A stretch of 64,000 bases of DNA from contig JBAZXR010000001.1 in the NCBI GenBank assembly GCA_041659765.1, positions 787,338-851,337 of the forward strand, read 5' to 3'. The notes below the pieces were generated by a model. The model did no database searches and was not told where the DNA came from. It worked only from the letters and a program-made list of their open reading frames with translations. Source of the stretch: Patescibacteria group bacterium. GTDB lineage: Bacteria > Patescibacteriota > Patescibacteriia > UBA9934. The translations under genes were made by a program, and so were the position numbers. Shown piece after piece: positions 29,765 through 38,888 of the stretch (the stretch's first letter is position 1; every line of letters starts with the position of its first letter).

Positions 29765-30349
29765 CTAAGTACCGAGGACTGATCCTGTGGTCAACCCAGT
29801 AATGACCGCCTGGGTCAGCGTATAGGCTCCGGCAATAACCGCCAAACCTACAACCGTCCAAACTAATACCGCCTTACCTTTAGCCACCATTTTGTCATTA
29901 CCCATGGAAGTAATCCACAGCACTCCGCCGTAAATGAACATGAGCAAGGTGACGGAACCAATGATTGATAGAATGGCCTTGATCAAGTTACCGATAATGA
30001 CCTGCGGGTTTGCGGTGCCGAGAGGATTAATAAGCGAGACCGACGCGCCTGTGGCAGAACCAGAGGTTAGAGCATTTGAAGTCGTTGATGGAAGCGTTGA
30101 TTCATTGGCGGCGAAACAGGCTCTTCGCTGATCAAAACAGCCCTGAGTGTCACGGTCAAAGTTTGCCACACAATCTGGACAAGCGTTGCCAGTACACTGT
30201 GCATCAATACAGGTCTGCTGAATAAGTTCCGCAGGCGCAATACACGTATCGTATTGTGCGGCACAGTCTACAGCGGCAAAAACATGTGCCTTAGGAGCCA
30301 GGAACAGACCCAGGGCCGCAGTAAAAAGAAGAAACGCTTTGATTCGCAT
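29765..30349 (-). CDS. pilin-like small protein 5 (Cys-rich mature N-terminus)
   Basis: Core YGGVLWITSMGNDKMVAKGKAVLVWTVVGLAVIAGAYTLTQAVI; 10 Cys in N-terminal region. Confidence 0.6.
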   Translation of the reverse strand: MRIKAFLLFTAALGLFLAPKAHVFAAVDCAAQYDTCIAPAELIQQTCIDAQCTGNACPDCVANFDRDTQGCFDQRRACFAANESTLPSTTSNALTSGSATGASVSLINPLGTANPQVIIGNLIKAILSIIGSVTLLMFIYGGVLWITSMGNDKMVAKGKAVLVWTVVGLAVIAGAYTLTQAVITGLTTGSVLGT

Positions 30350-30350
30350 A

Positions 30351-30887
30351 TTACTGGGTATTGATAATATTTTCTGCTCCTACTCCGCTTGGGGTACAAC
30401 CTGTTGTTTGCCCAGGTCTACAGGTAGTTGAAGAATTAACAGTGTCTTCAATGGTGGCTCCAGGGGCAACGCCGGAAATAGCGGCGATCAAGAAGTTAAC
30501 AAAAGCGTAAGAGCCGAAGATTATAGCGAGGCCAATCACGGCGCGGACGATAATTTCTTTGCCTTGTTCAATCTTCTTTGGATTACCCATAGAGGTCACC
30601 CAAGTGAAACCGCCGTAAAAGAACATCAGAAGCGCGACTGAACCACTGATAGCTAAAATGCCAATAGAGATGTTAACGAAGATCTGCAACATGTCAGAGA
30701 GCTGGCACTGTCCTGAGTCTCGACAGGGACAAGGGGCTGAAGCGGATGAGCAAATGTTCGCAAAAATAAGACCCTGGCTCATGATGCTTGAGTATCCCCC
30801 GCTCACTGTCTGCGCATGCGCTACTGCCGGCAACCAAAAAGAAACAACTAGACCAAGTGCTAAAAAAGCGTTGCGAAGAAAACGCAT
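30351..30887 (-). CDS. pilin-like small protein 6 (Cys-rich)
   Basis: Core YGGFTWVTSMGNPKKIEQGKEIIVRAVIGLAIIFGSYAFVNFLI. Confidence 0.6.
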   Translation of the reverse strand: MRFLRNAFLALGLVVSFWLPAVAHAQTVSGGYSSIMSQGLIFANICSSASAPCPCRDSGQCQLSDMLQIFVNISIGILAISGSVALLMFFYGGFTWVTSMGNPKKIEQGKEIIVRAVIGLAIIFGSYAFVNFLIAAISGVAPGATIEDTVNSSTTCRPGQTTGCTPSGVGAENIINTQ

Positions 30888-30906
30888 ACTCACAAATAAT
30901 ACCACG

Positions 30907-32292
30907 CTAATAGGTCTGTCCCACTACTCGAGCTGCTTGAGAAACGGCTTTCTTAGGATCATCAGTGCCAACTAGAATAGTTGTCGATAGATCGCTCAGG
31001 GCTTTAAAGGCCGCGTCTGAGTCTGAACCATGATACCAACTTTGGGAAGTTAGCAGCTGGCTAGCAAAGACACCCAGGGTTTCGTCTTCTAGTTCCGCGC
31101 CAATCAAACTGCGGACAGCTGTGGGGTGTCCTGACTTAGCCAAGAAAGAAGTAACGTTTTTGGGATTAGAGGCGAAGTCCAAGAAATTCCAGGCGTAATC
31201 ACCAAATTTTGAGGTTTTAGATACGCCCTGCAACCAGTAGTTGGGGTAGTTAACAATTCGTCCGCCGGCGATTTGCGGGAGAGGAGCAATACCGTAATTC
31301 AATTTTGGAGCAGCCGCTGTCAGGATTGGCACGTCATAACTGTACCCGAGCATGAACGCTGTTTGACCGCGGGCAAAGGCGCTAACCGAATTTGGAAAGC
31401 CATCATTCCAGGTGTAAACCTCTTTTACTGGATTAGCAAAGTCCGTGTAGAAAGTCACGGCATCAAGCGCTGGAAACACGCCCTGTGGCGTGCCCTTTGG
31501 TACGCCATCAAAGGTTGGGTTGCCGTTTTCATCAGTCATCTGAGCACCATTTTGCATCATGAGAACGGAAATAATATCGCCGGAACGGTCAACGTTCTTC
31601 ACCGTTCCGAGAGCTGCTCCTGACTGAGCTACTCCCCCGGTAGCATCATACTTAGTCAGTTTTTTCACGGCCTCGTTAAACTGATCCCAAGCTGCGGGCG
31701 GCTCAGCAATACCGGCTGAGTTCAGTAGATCCTTGTTATAAAACAAGGCCAGCGTGTCCATAGAGAACGGGAAGCCGTAAATCCTGGGCGTTGCTGCCAT
31801 CTTAGGATCAGCGGTGTAGTTCAAAATAGCATCTGAAGAAACAACATCAACAAACTGTGACTTAAAAGTTTTCTGTGACATGGTGGCTTCCTGCTTGGCT
31901 ACCAGCGCTGTTTCTTTTCTGAGTGTTCCTTGGGTCACCAAATAGCTAATATTGAGCTGTGGCGGCATGGGCGAAAGCAAACTCTGGAATTCGGACATCT
32001 TAGTATTATGAACTGAGAAAATATCCGGCCCGGTACCATCGGCCAGCGCTCGGATCAGTTCTTTTTCATATTCTTCTGGGCGAAACTTTCTATACTCGAT
32101 GGTCACGTTAGGATGAGCCGCTCTATAGGCTGAAAAAAGCTCGCGGTAGGCTGTTTCATCATCAAACACGCTCCAAAATTTAAGCGTTACTTTTTGTTGT
32201 ACTGGAGCAGATGAGCTGCCACCGGAACAACCGGCACCCACCATAACCAACGTAGAAAACAGGAAGAAAATTGAGAGTAAGCGCTTAATCAT
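30907..32292 (-). CDS. extracellular solute-binding protein (ABC transporter, family 1, sugar-type), lipoprotein
   Basis: Start at MIKRLLSIFFLFSTLVMVGAGC; SBP_bac_1-like; no permease/ATPase adjacent. Confidence 0.65.
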   Translation of the reverse strand: MIKRLLSIFFLFSTLVMVGAGCSGGSSSAPVQQKVTLKFWSVFDDETAYRELFSAYRAAHPNVTIEYRKFRPEEYEKELIRALADGTGPDIFSVHNTKMSEFQSLLSPMPPQLNISYLVTQGTLRKETALVAKQEATMSQKTFKSQFVDVVSSDAILNYTADPKMAATPRIYGFPFSMDTLALFYNKDLLNSAGIAEPPAAWDQFNEAVKKLTKYDATGGVAQSGAALGTVKNVDRSGDIISVLMMQNGAQMTDENGNPTFDGVPKGTPQGVFPALDAVTFYTDFANPVKEVYTWNDGFPNSVSAFARGQTAFMLGYSYDVPILTAAAPKLNYGIAPLPQIAGGRIVNYPNYWLQGVSKTSKFGDYAWNFLDFASNPKNVTSFLAKSGHPTAVRSLIGAELEDETLGVFASQLLTSQSWYHGSDSDAAFKALSDLSTTILVGTDDPKKAVSQAARVVGQTY

Positions 32293-32845
32293 AGATATAA
32301 AGAGTGGTTCCGCGTTTGAGTCCGGCGAGTTGTTGTTCAACGGTTCTCGTAGGTTTTCTGTGCTCGAGGGGGAAATCGATCGCGACAATACGAGTTCCAG
32401 GCTTCAATTCTTGGTCTAGCTTAGCTTCAACCCGTTCCATGAGCGTCGGAAAGAGGTAGGTTACGACGTGAGTCGCCTCAACGAGGTTTTCTTTGAAGAA
32501 ATCGCGCCTAAGTATTTCGATCCGTGTCCCTCTGGTCCGGTATTTCGCTATGAGGTACGGCAAAAGAGCTTTCTCAAGGCCAACTGCGCGGATATTCAGA
32601 TTTCGCCGAATGACCGCGAGCAAAACCCGGCCGTCTCCACAGCCCATATCATACACCACAGCGCCATCAGCGAGTTCGAGTGCGTCGACAATGCCCTGAA
32701 CAGCCTTTGATGGTACTGGCACGAACGGCGCACCGCTGCCAACAATACTAACGAACCAAAGAATGACCAACGGCAATACAAAAAAAGTGAGAAAAATGGC
32801 AAAGACTACAAGGAGAATCGTAGCGATTGTAGAAGTGATCAACAT
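32285..32845 (-). CDS. membrane-anchored class I SAM-dependent methyltransferase
   Basis: N-terminal TM helix; MGCGDGRVLL motif I. Confidence 0.55.
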   Translation of the reverse strand: MLITSTIATILLVVFAIFLTFFVLPLVILWFVSIVGSGAPFVPVPSKAVQGIVDALELADGAVVYDMGCGDGRVLLAVIRRNLNIRAVGLEKALLPYLIAKYRTRGTRIEILRRDFFKENLVEATHVVTYLFPTLMERVEAKLDQELKPGTRIVAIDFPLEHRKPTRTVEQQLAGLKRGTTLYIYD

Positions 32846-32853
32846 GCCATTAT

Positions 32854-32928
32854 GTCATTCTGAGGAGCTTCGAGCGACGAAGAATCTGATTGGTTACCAT
32901 TCAGATCCTTCGCTATGCTCAGGATGAC
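32854..32928. repeat. ~75-nt long-palindromic MITE/REP-like element, copy A
   Basis: gtcattctgaggagcttcgagcgacgaagaatctgattggttaccattcagatccttcgctatgctcaggatgac; nested inverted repeats. Confidence 0.65.
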
Positions 32929-32931
32929 TGA

Positions 32932-33816
32932 CTACTCGCGAGACTTCAAATACTCTGCTAAACCTTCTTTCACCTCCGGATGCAAGAGGCCGAGTTCAAT
33001 CTGGGCGATAATGAATTGGAGTTTATTACCGCAATCGTAGCGTTTGCCGGACAAAACATGACCGTACAGCTGCTTGCCGGCATCAACATAAGTAGTAAAA
33101 GCGTCGGCCAGACGAATCTCTCCGTCCTTACCCGGTTTCTGTTTCTCAAGTAGGCGCAAAATTTCTGGCGTAACAATATATCTGCCAACTGAGGCCAGGT
33201 TAGACGGTGCGTCCTCCGGGGCTGGCTTTTCGACGAATCTTTTTACTTGCCAAGTATTCCCAGCAATTTCTACGCCATCGATGATTCCATAGCTAGAAAC
33301 CTTCTCGTGCGGTACTTCCTGCACGCCAACCACTGGTGCACCGAACTTTTCGTAGGTTTCGATCAGCTCGCTAATAGCCGGACGCTCGCCGGAAAAAATG
33401 TCATCACCGGTAAAAATCGCCACCGTTTCATCGTCACCCACAAATGGAGCGGCGGCTAGAATGGCATGGCCATCGCCAAGCGGTTTCTGCTGACGCACGA
33501 ACGCAAACTTAGCAAGCTTACCGATGGCTTGAATGGCTTTCAGCTCGGCCATCTTCTTCTTTTGCTCCAGGCGATACTCAAGCTCAAAATTGCGATCAAA
33601 ATGATCTTCGAGCGCCCTCTTGCCCATGGCGGTGACGAAAATAACTTCCTCAATGCCTGCAGCCACTGCTTCTTCGACGATGTACTGAATCACTGGTTTG
33701 TCGACAACCGGCAGCATTTCCTTTGGCTGTGCCTTGGTGGCTGGCAAAAAACGCGTACCCATTCCAGCTACTGGAATAATTGCTTTTCTAATCTTTTGCG
33801 ATTTTTTGGGGGGCAT
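32932..33816 (-). CDS. galU: UTP--glucose-1-phosphate uridylyltransferase
   Basis: AIIPVAGMGTRFLPATKAQPKEMLPVVDKP N-terminal signature; full-length collinearity. Confidence 0.85.
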   Translation of the reverse strand: MPPKKSQKIRKAIIPVAGMGTRFLPATKAQPKEMLPVVDKPVIQYIVEEAVAAGIEEVIFVTAMGKRALEDHFDRNFELEYRLEQKKKMAELKAIQAIGKLAKFAFVRQQKPLGDGHAILAAAPFVGDDETVAIFTGDDIFSGERPAISELIETYEKFGAPVVGVQEVPHEKVSSYGIIDGVEIAGNTWQVKRFVEKPAPEDAPSNLASVGRYIVTPEILRLLEKQKPGKDGEIRLADAFTTYVDAGKQLYGHVLSGKRYDCGNKLQFIIAQIELGLLHPEVKEGLAEYLKSRE

Positions 33817-33835
33817 AGTGGTTCAGTCATCCTGA

Positions 33836-33901
33836 GCGTAGCGAAGGATCTGATTGATCAACCATTCAGATCCTTCGTCGCTAAAAGCTCCTCAGGATGA
33901 C
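33836..33901. repeat. ~75-nt palindromic element, copy B (inverted relative to A)
   Basis: gtcatcctgagcgtagcgaaggatctgattgatcaaccattcagatccttcgtcgctaaaagctcctcaggatgac equals the reverse complement of copy A over its asymmetric parts. Confidence 0.65.
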
Positions 33902-33910
33902 TACAGTTTA

Positions 33911-34813
33911 TCACTTCTTAGCAATGACGATAAAACTCAGTACCCCCAGCGTTGGGTCTTTACGGTATCTTCGACGAACATGAGGACGGTCGCGCTTGAG
34001 CTTAGCTTCGTCCATCACAATCTCCGGGATGATGTCGATCAGCGTAAAGCCGAGGTCGCTTAATGTCTTCTCGTACACGCTCGGACGAACGCGATTGGGA
34101 ATTCCCGAGAACTTGGCGAGTCTGTAGAGCAAACGAGGGTAGCGATAAATGTTCAATGGGTCGCGGTCACGAATCACTCGCGTATGTGTTTGCAAATCAA
34201 CATGAGCCACGAGTGCTCCGCCGGGAGCGAGAACTCGACCAACCTGCGCCAAAATTTCAGGCACATGGTCAAAATGCTCAAAAGCGGCGTTACTAACTAC
34301 GAGATCAACACTTTCAGCTGGCAACCAGTTAAATGAAAAGGACTGATCCTGCTTGAAGATCAGGGTAGTTGGCTGCTTAATTTCATAAGCCAACAACGCT
34401 TCTTCCGCACGCTTCCTGGCGCCAGCGTCATTGATCGAGGCGATGACCGCATTATGCAATTCCTTCGGCGCGCGGTCAGCGAGTGGATTCTTATCATAGG
34501 CCGTATACGACTCGGCGCCCTTGGCAACCAAAATTAAGCCGACGCCCAGGTCTGCGCCAGGGCCAAGCTCGAGGATGCGCTTGCCCGCAAATGGTTGAGA
34601 GCCGAAGCCTTTCTCGATGAGCGCCCGTTCCCAACGTTCCACCACTTCATGGTCGTATTTCACGGCTCGACGCGTGTCGTCCACCGAAAATTCGCGCGGG
34701 CGGTGATAGCCCGTTACCCGATATCTAAACTTATTAGCAAAGAGGATTCCAAGCCCCAGCCACCAAAAAAACCATTGTCGCAACATATACGAATAGTGTA
34801 ACATCCTTTGCAT
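33911..34813 (-). CDS. class I SAM-dependent methyltransferase
   Basis: ILELGPGADLG motif I, VSNAAFEHF motif. Confidence 0.6.
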   Translation of the reverse strand: MQRMLHYSYMLRQWFFWWLGLGILFANKFRYRVTGYHRPREFSVDDTRRAVKYDHEVVERWERALIEKGFGSQPFAGKRILELGPGADLGVGLILVAKGAESYTAYDKNPLADRAPKELHNAVIASINDAGARKRAEEALLAYEIKQPTTLIFKQDQSFSFNWLPAESVDLVVSNAAFEHFDHVPEILAQVGRVLAPGGALVAHVDLQTHTRVIRDRDPLNIYRYPRLLYRLAKFSGIPNRVRPSVYEKTLSDLGFTLIDIIPEIVMDEAKLKRDRPHVRRRYRKDPTLGVLSFIVIAKK

Positions 34814-35423
34814 GTCCTGGCTTTTTGAACGGAAACTTTATCAATCTGAGAAAAACGGCTTGATTCTCTGTAAGAAACTTTTCGGCCACTGGGAAGTCTT
34901 TGTAGACGGCTTCTATCAGTCCGCGCCCTACATCAAAAAAATGTGGCGAACCGGTCTGCGCCAAGTTTCGTCGATGCCAGCCGTGTCGAGGATCCTCGTC
35001 CTCGGGCTCGGCGCTGGCAGTATCATCAACGATCTGCACTCGAGATATCCCGACGCGTTCATCACCACTATCGAGTACGATCCGACCATGGTGGTAATCG
35101 CCAGACAACTAGAAATGTTCGATCAAAAACTCCCCGTAAATATCATTGTCGCCGATGCAGTCACGGCAGTTCCAGCCCTCGAAGGCTCCTTCGATCTAAT
35201 AATCGTGGACCTCTACAAAGGCGGAGTAACAGCCGAGGCGCTCCAGCATCCTGACTTTGTCGAATCGATTACGCAGAAACTTTTACCGAACGGAACTCTA
35301 ATCCTGAACGTCTTTAAGAACGTCGAATTATTTCCGCTGTTCGACCGATTCCTAACCAGACAGAACACGTGGAAGTATTCGTTCAATGCATTGGCAATGT
35401 ATAAAAAATCGACCCCCCGTTAA
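34812..35423 (+). CDS. spermidine-synthase-like methyltransferase-fold protein
   Basis: ILVLGLGAGS...IIVDLY pattern of spermine/spermidine synthase-like family. Confidence 0.45.
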   Translation: MSWLFERKLYQSEKNGLILCKKLFGHWEVFVDGFYQSAPYIKKMWRTGLRQVSSMPAVSRILVLGLGAGSIINDLHSRYPDAFITTIEYDPTMVVIARQLEMFDQKLPVNIIVADAVTAVPALEGSFDLIIVDLYKGGVTAEALQHPDFVESITQKLLPNGTLILNVFKNVELFPLFDRFLTRQNTWKYSFNALAMYKKSTPR

Positions 35424-35451
35424 GCGGAGGGCCGAACGAGTCACGTGAGAA

Positions 35452-36513
35452 CTAGAAGAGCGGGAGGTTGCCGAGCGAGATCACGTCCGGGCGAACGTCC
35501 GGGCCTTCCGTGAAGACCGCAAGCGTGCGCTCGTAGATCGCACCGACCTTCTCGAGCAGCTGCTTCATGGCATCGAGCGTTCCACCAGTGGAGACCACAT
35601 CATCCACGATCACCACGTGCTTGCCACGGAGCATTTCCGCGTCGCTGACGGAGATGTACAGCGTCTGCACGCGGTCCGTGGTGATGCTCTTCACCTGCAC
35701 GGACACGCAGTCGCCCATGTAGGGCTTCTTCTCCTTGCGCGCAACCACGGTGGGCAGCTTGAGTTCGCGACCGATGACGTGGAGGAGTGCCTGCGCCTTG
35801 CCATCCGGCATGATGAGCACGTCCACTGGTGGCATGAGCTTGGCCGCCAGCTGCTGCCCCAAGAATTCGGTCAGCTCCCAATCTCCGAGGAGGTTGAAGA
35901 GCGCAACGGAGATGCCAGGAGCGACCTCCCGGATGGGGAGCTCGAGCGTGCGCGAACCGATCTGCACCTTGTGAACACGAGACACGGTCACCTCCTTTTT
36001 GCCGTTGAACACCTGATCGAACAGTTTGATGAGTGCTTCTTCCAAGAACTGCGCGCGCGACTTCTTCCCATCGGTCAGGAAGGAGTGTGGATCCGAGCTG
36101 GAGCATCCATACCGCTCCGCCATCACAGCCCCTACCGTTGTGTTGAAGAACCCGATCGCCAGGGCTTCCTCGACCGCTTCGGCCGGGAGAACTACGTACT
36201 CGGTCCGGGCTTCGTACTCACGACCGTTCGGGTCCACGAGGACGATGTCCGCGGCATCCCGCCACACGCCATTCCCCAGGAACGCTCCGTTCTCGATCCC
36301 CAAGCCCCACGAGCCGGGCCTGGTCTTCTGCGCTCCGATGGCACGGGTGCGGGCTCCTCTGCGCGTCTGGCCCTCGAGGGGCTGACAGTTTTCGCCTGAA
36401 TCCATGTTCTCTTGGTAGAGCTTGAACACCTTAGGGCCAACAGCCAGCAAGGCGTTGGTCGTGCCCAGGAACTTCTCTTGGCTATGTGAGCCAACCACGA
36501 TCTCCAGAATCAT
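35452..36513 (-). CDS. fusion protein: YjjX/ITPase-XTPase-like NTP phosphatase domain + type I phosphoribosyltransferase domain; G+C-rich
   Basis: N-terminal TRRGARTRAIGAQK and GLGIENGAF resemble YjjX TRAGARNRV.NA / IEAG; C-terminal VVIVDDVVSTGGTL PRPP-binding motif. Confidence 0.5.
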   Translation of the reverse strand: MILEIVVGSHSQEKFLGTTNALLAVGPKVFKLYQENMDSGENCQPLEGQTRRGARTRAIGAQKTRPGSWGLGIENGAFLGNGVWRDAADIVLVDPNGREYEARTEYVVLPAEAVEEALAIGFFNTTVGAVMAERYGCSSSDPHSFLTDGKKSRAQFLEEALIKLFDQVFNGKKEVTVSRVHKVQIGSRTLELPIREVAPGISVALFNLLGDWELTEFLGQQLAAKLMPPVDVLIMPDGKAQALLHVIGRELKLPTVVARKEKKPYMGDCVSVQVKSITTDRVQTLYISVSDAEMLRGKHVVIVDDVVSTGGTLDAMKQLLEKVGAIYERTLAVFTEGPDVRPDVISLGNLPLF

Positions 36514-36522
36514 GTTCTCCCC

Positions 36523-37458
36523 CTAACCGTCCATGACGGCGTTGATCATTGATTTCACGAGGCTCAACACCTCGAACGGCGGCTGATCCTTCACGAGTCC
36601 CGCAGTGACCGGACACGAGTCCGTGATCCACACGCGGTAGAACCCGGCGTTCAGAAACCGCTTCCAGGCGTCCTTTTCCATGACGCCGTGCGTAGCAAAG
36701 GCACTGACCTTCACCGCGCCTGCCGCCTTCATAGCATGCATGCACTCGATGGTCGTTCCGCCGGAATGCACGAGATCATCCACGATGACCACGTTCTTCC
36801 CCGCGGGATCGCCCTCAATCACCGTCACGATCCGTTTGTCGCCGTGCCGCTGCTTGCGGCAGATGACAAACGGAAAGAGCGGTTTGCCCTGGTCGTCCGA
36901 GAAAAGCACCTTGAAGCGCTTCCACGCCCCCTCGTCCGGAAACGCGACAGTGACGTCGCCCTCCTGTTCGAGCCGGGCCTTGAGCACCTTCGTGCCAGTC
37001 TTGAACCGCGGCGCGATGTTCGCCCCGAAGTAATGCCGGATCGGCAGGGCATGAACGTCCCACATGTAGAGCGGGATCGGTCCAGGACCAGACGGCGGCA
37101 ACGCAGAGAGGAGCCGGGCGAGCGTACTTGCCGTGGCAACTTGTCCTTCCATGTCGATGCGTTCCATGGTTCCCGTCGGGAAGTACGGAAGCAGGAGGCG
37201 AAAGGACTTCGGACGGGCCTCGGCAATGGCGAGCATCACGCTCCACTGTTCGAATACCGTTTCCGGGGAATCGAGCGAGGCAAGATACGCGACGTCGCGG
37301 TTGCGGAGGTCATCGAACCCCCGGATCATGATGTTCGGCCAGGCATCGGGGAACCGTTTCCAGTCCACGACGCCGAGCTCAATGCGCCCATCGAGCTCGG
37401 CCATCTGGCGAGCAATCGTCATGGCCTGCGGGCAGTGAAAGAGCAGTCGCTTGTCCAT
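36523..37458 (-). CDS. prs: ribose-phosphate pyrophosphokinase (PRPP synthetase)-like
   Basis: Start at MDKRLLF; VVIVDDLVHSGGTTIECMHAMKAAGAVKVSAFATHGV aligns to Prs C-terminal PRPP-binding region; G+C-rich. Confidence 0.6.
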   Translation of the reverse strand: MDKRLLFHCPQAMTIARQMAELDGRIELGVVDWKRFPDAWPNIMIRGFDDLRNRDVAYLASLDSPETVFEQWSVMLAIAEARPKSFRLLLPYFPTGTMERIDMEGQVATASTLARLLSALPPSGPGPIPLYMWDVHALPIRHYFGANIAPRFKTGTKVLKARLEQEGDVTVAFPDEGAWKRFKVLFSDDQGKPLFPFVICRKQRHGDKRIVTVIEGDPAGKNVVIVDDLVHSGGTTIECMHAMKAAGAVKVSAFATHGVMEKDAWKRFLNAGFYRVWITDSCPVTAGLVKDQPPFEVLSLVKSMINAVMDG

Positions 37459-37601
37459 GTGATGTGTCCTCCCGGATAACAAAGTAACTTGCCGGGCAAC
37501 TTTTGTACACTCTATGTCGTAGATGCATGGTGACACTTTAATCACTATTGCTAATATTAGTGATATTATTTATTCTATAAACAACGAATAACGTCGTTGA
37601 T

Positions 37602-38378
37602 ATGAAATTGAGCCCCGCCGAGCATAAAGAAGTGAGCGAATCTTTAGAGGTGTTTGGCATGGCTGCTTCCGAGCAAAAGGCCTACACTGCCCTCCTCGGC
37701 ATGGGTCAAAGCACCGCTACCCCGCTCGCAAAGTCGCTGCAATTGCCGACGACGACCATTCAATCCATCCTTCACCGCCTCGCCAAACGCGGAACCGTGC
37801 ATGTGAGCAAGCGTGGCTCGCGGTCCGTTTACGAAGCAAAGGATCCGCGCGTTCTAAAACAACTCGCTGAGCAAACGTTGCGTGAAGTGACGCAAGCTAT
37901 TCCCCTTCTCGAACGATTGCGATCCGAAGCGCCGACGAGTGCCAAGATTCGTATCTACGGACGCGGGCGGGCAACGGATGTTTTTCTGCAGGCACTCAGT
38001 GCCAAAGACAAAACCATTTACGAAATTGTTTCCGCACGTGATTTACAGACCTGGCTTGGTGAAAAGCTTCACTTTAGCCAGCGCCGAATCTCTGCTGGCG
38101 TTCATCTGAAGAGTTTGCGAGTAGAGGCGCACGAAATTAAAAAATATAGTCGAGAAACCCACGTCAAAGAGTTACGCGAAGCGAAATTTCTGCCCCACGA
38201 AATGAATTTTCGCTCGTCGATTCTCTTCTGGGACGACGAATGGGTCGCCTTCTTCAGCGACTCCGGCGAAGGCCAAATCATCCTGGCCCACAGCAAAAGC
38301 ATGGCGCTCATGATCCACCAGTTGTTCGATCTCCTTTGGAGTGTTAGTCGAAGAATGGAAACGGGAGACCAGAAATAA
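37602..38378 (+). CDS. TrmB-family transcriptional regulator
   Basis: N-terminal HTH (KAYTALLGMGQSTATPLAKSLQLPTTTIQSILHRLAKRG) and TrmB-like C-domain. Confidence 0.6.
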   Translation: MKLSPAEHKEVSESLEVFGMAASEQKAYTALLGMGQSTATPLAKSLQLPTTTIQSILHRLAKRGTVHVSKRGSRSVYEAKDPRVLKQLAEQTLREVTQAIPLLERLRSEAPTSAKIRIYGRGRATDVFLQALSAKDKTIYEIVSARDLQTWLGEKLHFSQRRISAGVHLKSLRVEAHEIKKYSRETHVKELREAKFLPHEMNFRSSILFWDDEWVAFFSDSGEGQIILAHSKSMALMIHQLFDLLWSVSRRMETGDQK

Positions 38379-38387
38379 CACTCGATA

Positions 38388-38855
38388 TCATTTCGCAAAC
38401 CACTCTCGTAACTTTCGAGCGTACTCGACTCGCTCCTCCGGTTCTGACTTTCGTGTTTTCCAAAGCGCTTCGTGGAAATTATCGCCGGTAAAACGCGGAA
38501 TGACGTGCATGTGATAGTGAAAGGCGTGCTGATCGCCGGCGGGTTCATTGAATTGGGCCGTCGTGACTCCGTCGCAGGTGCGAATTTCCTTTAGCGCGAT
38601 CGCTGTTCGCTTCGCGAGATCAAGAACCCTGCCGCCAAGTTCGCTCGGCAGATCATAGAGGTTCTCAACGTGTGCAATTGGCACGATCAGCGGATGGCCC
38701 TCGTTGCCCTCGATAAATTTTGAACTAATAAATCCCAATACAAGTTCATCTCGATAAAAAATGTCGGCCTGCTTGATCCACGTAGCATCATTTTCGACAC
38801 CTTGTATCGCCAAACAAATGGGACACTTGTATTCCTCGTCTGCGTGATTAAACAT
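38388..38855 (-). CDS. HIT-family nucleotide hydrolase/transferase
   Basis: HYHMHVIPR histidine triad. Confidence 0.75.
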   Translation of the reverse strand: MFNHADEEYKCPICLAIQGVENDATWIKQADIFYRDELVLGFISSKFIEGNEGHPLIVPIAHVENLYDLPSELGGRVLDLAKRTAIALKEIRTCDGVTTAQFNEPAGDQHAFHYHMHVIPRFTGDNFHEALWKTRKSEPEERVEYARKLREWFAK

Positions 38856-38888
38856 ATTTCAACGCTCATTCAGTTCGTAATCTCTAGC

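Noticed and set aside
30907-32388. ORF-track start (MSRSISPSS...) for the solute-binding protein
   Set aside because: The internal Met at 32292 begins a typical lipoprotein signal peptide (MIKRLLSIFFLFSTLVMVGAGC), and the upstream extension overlaps the neighbouring methyltransferase gene.
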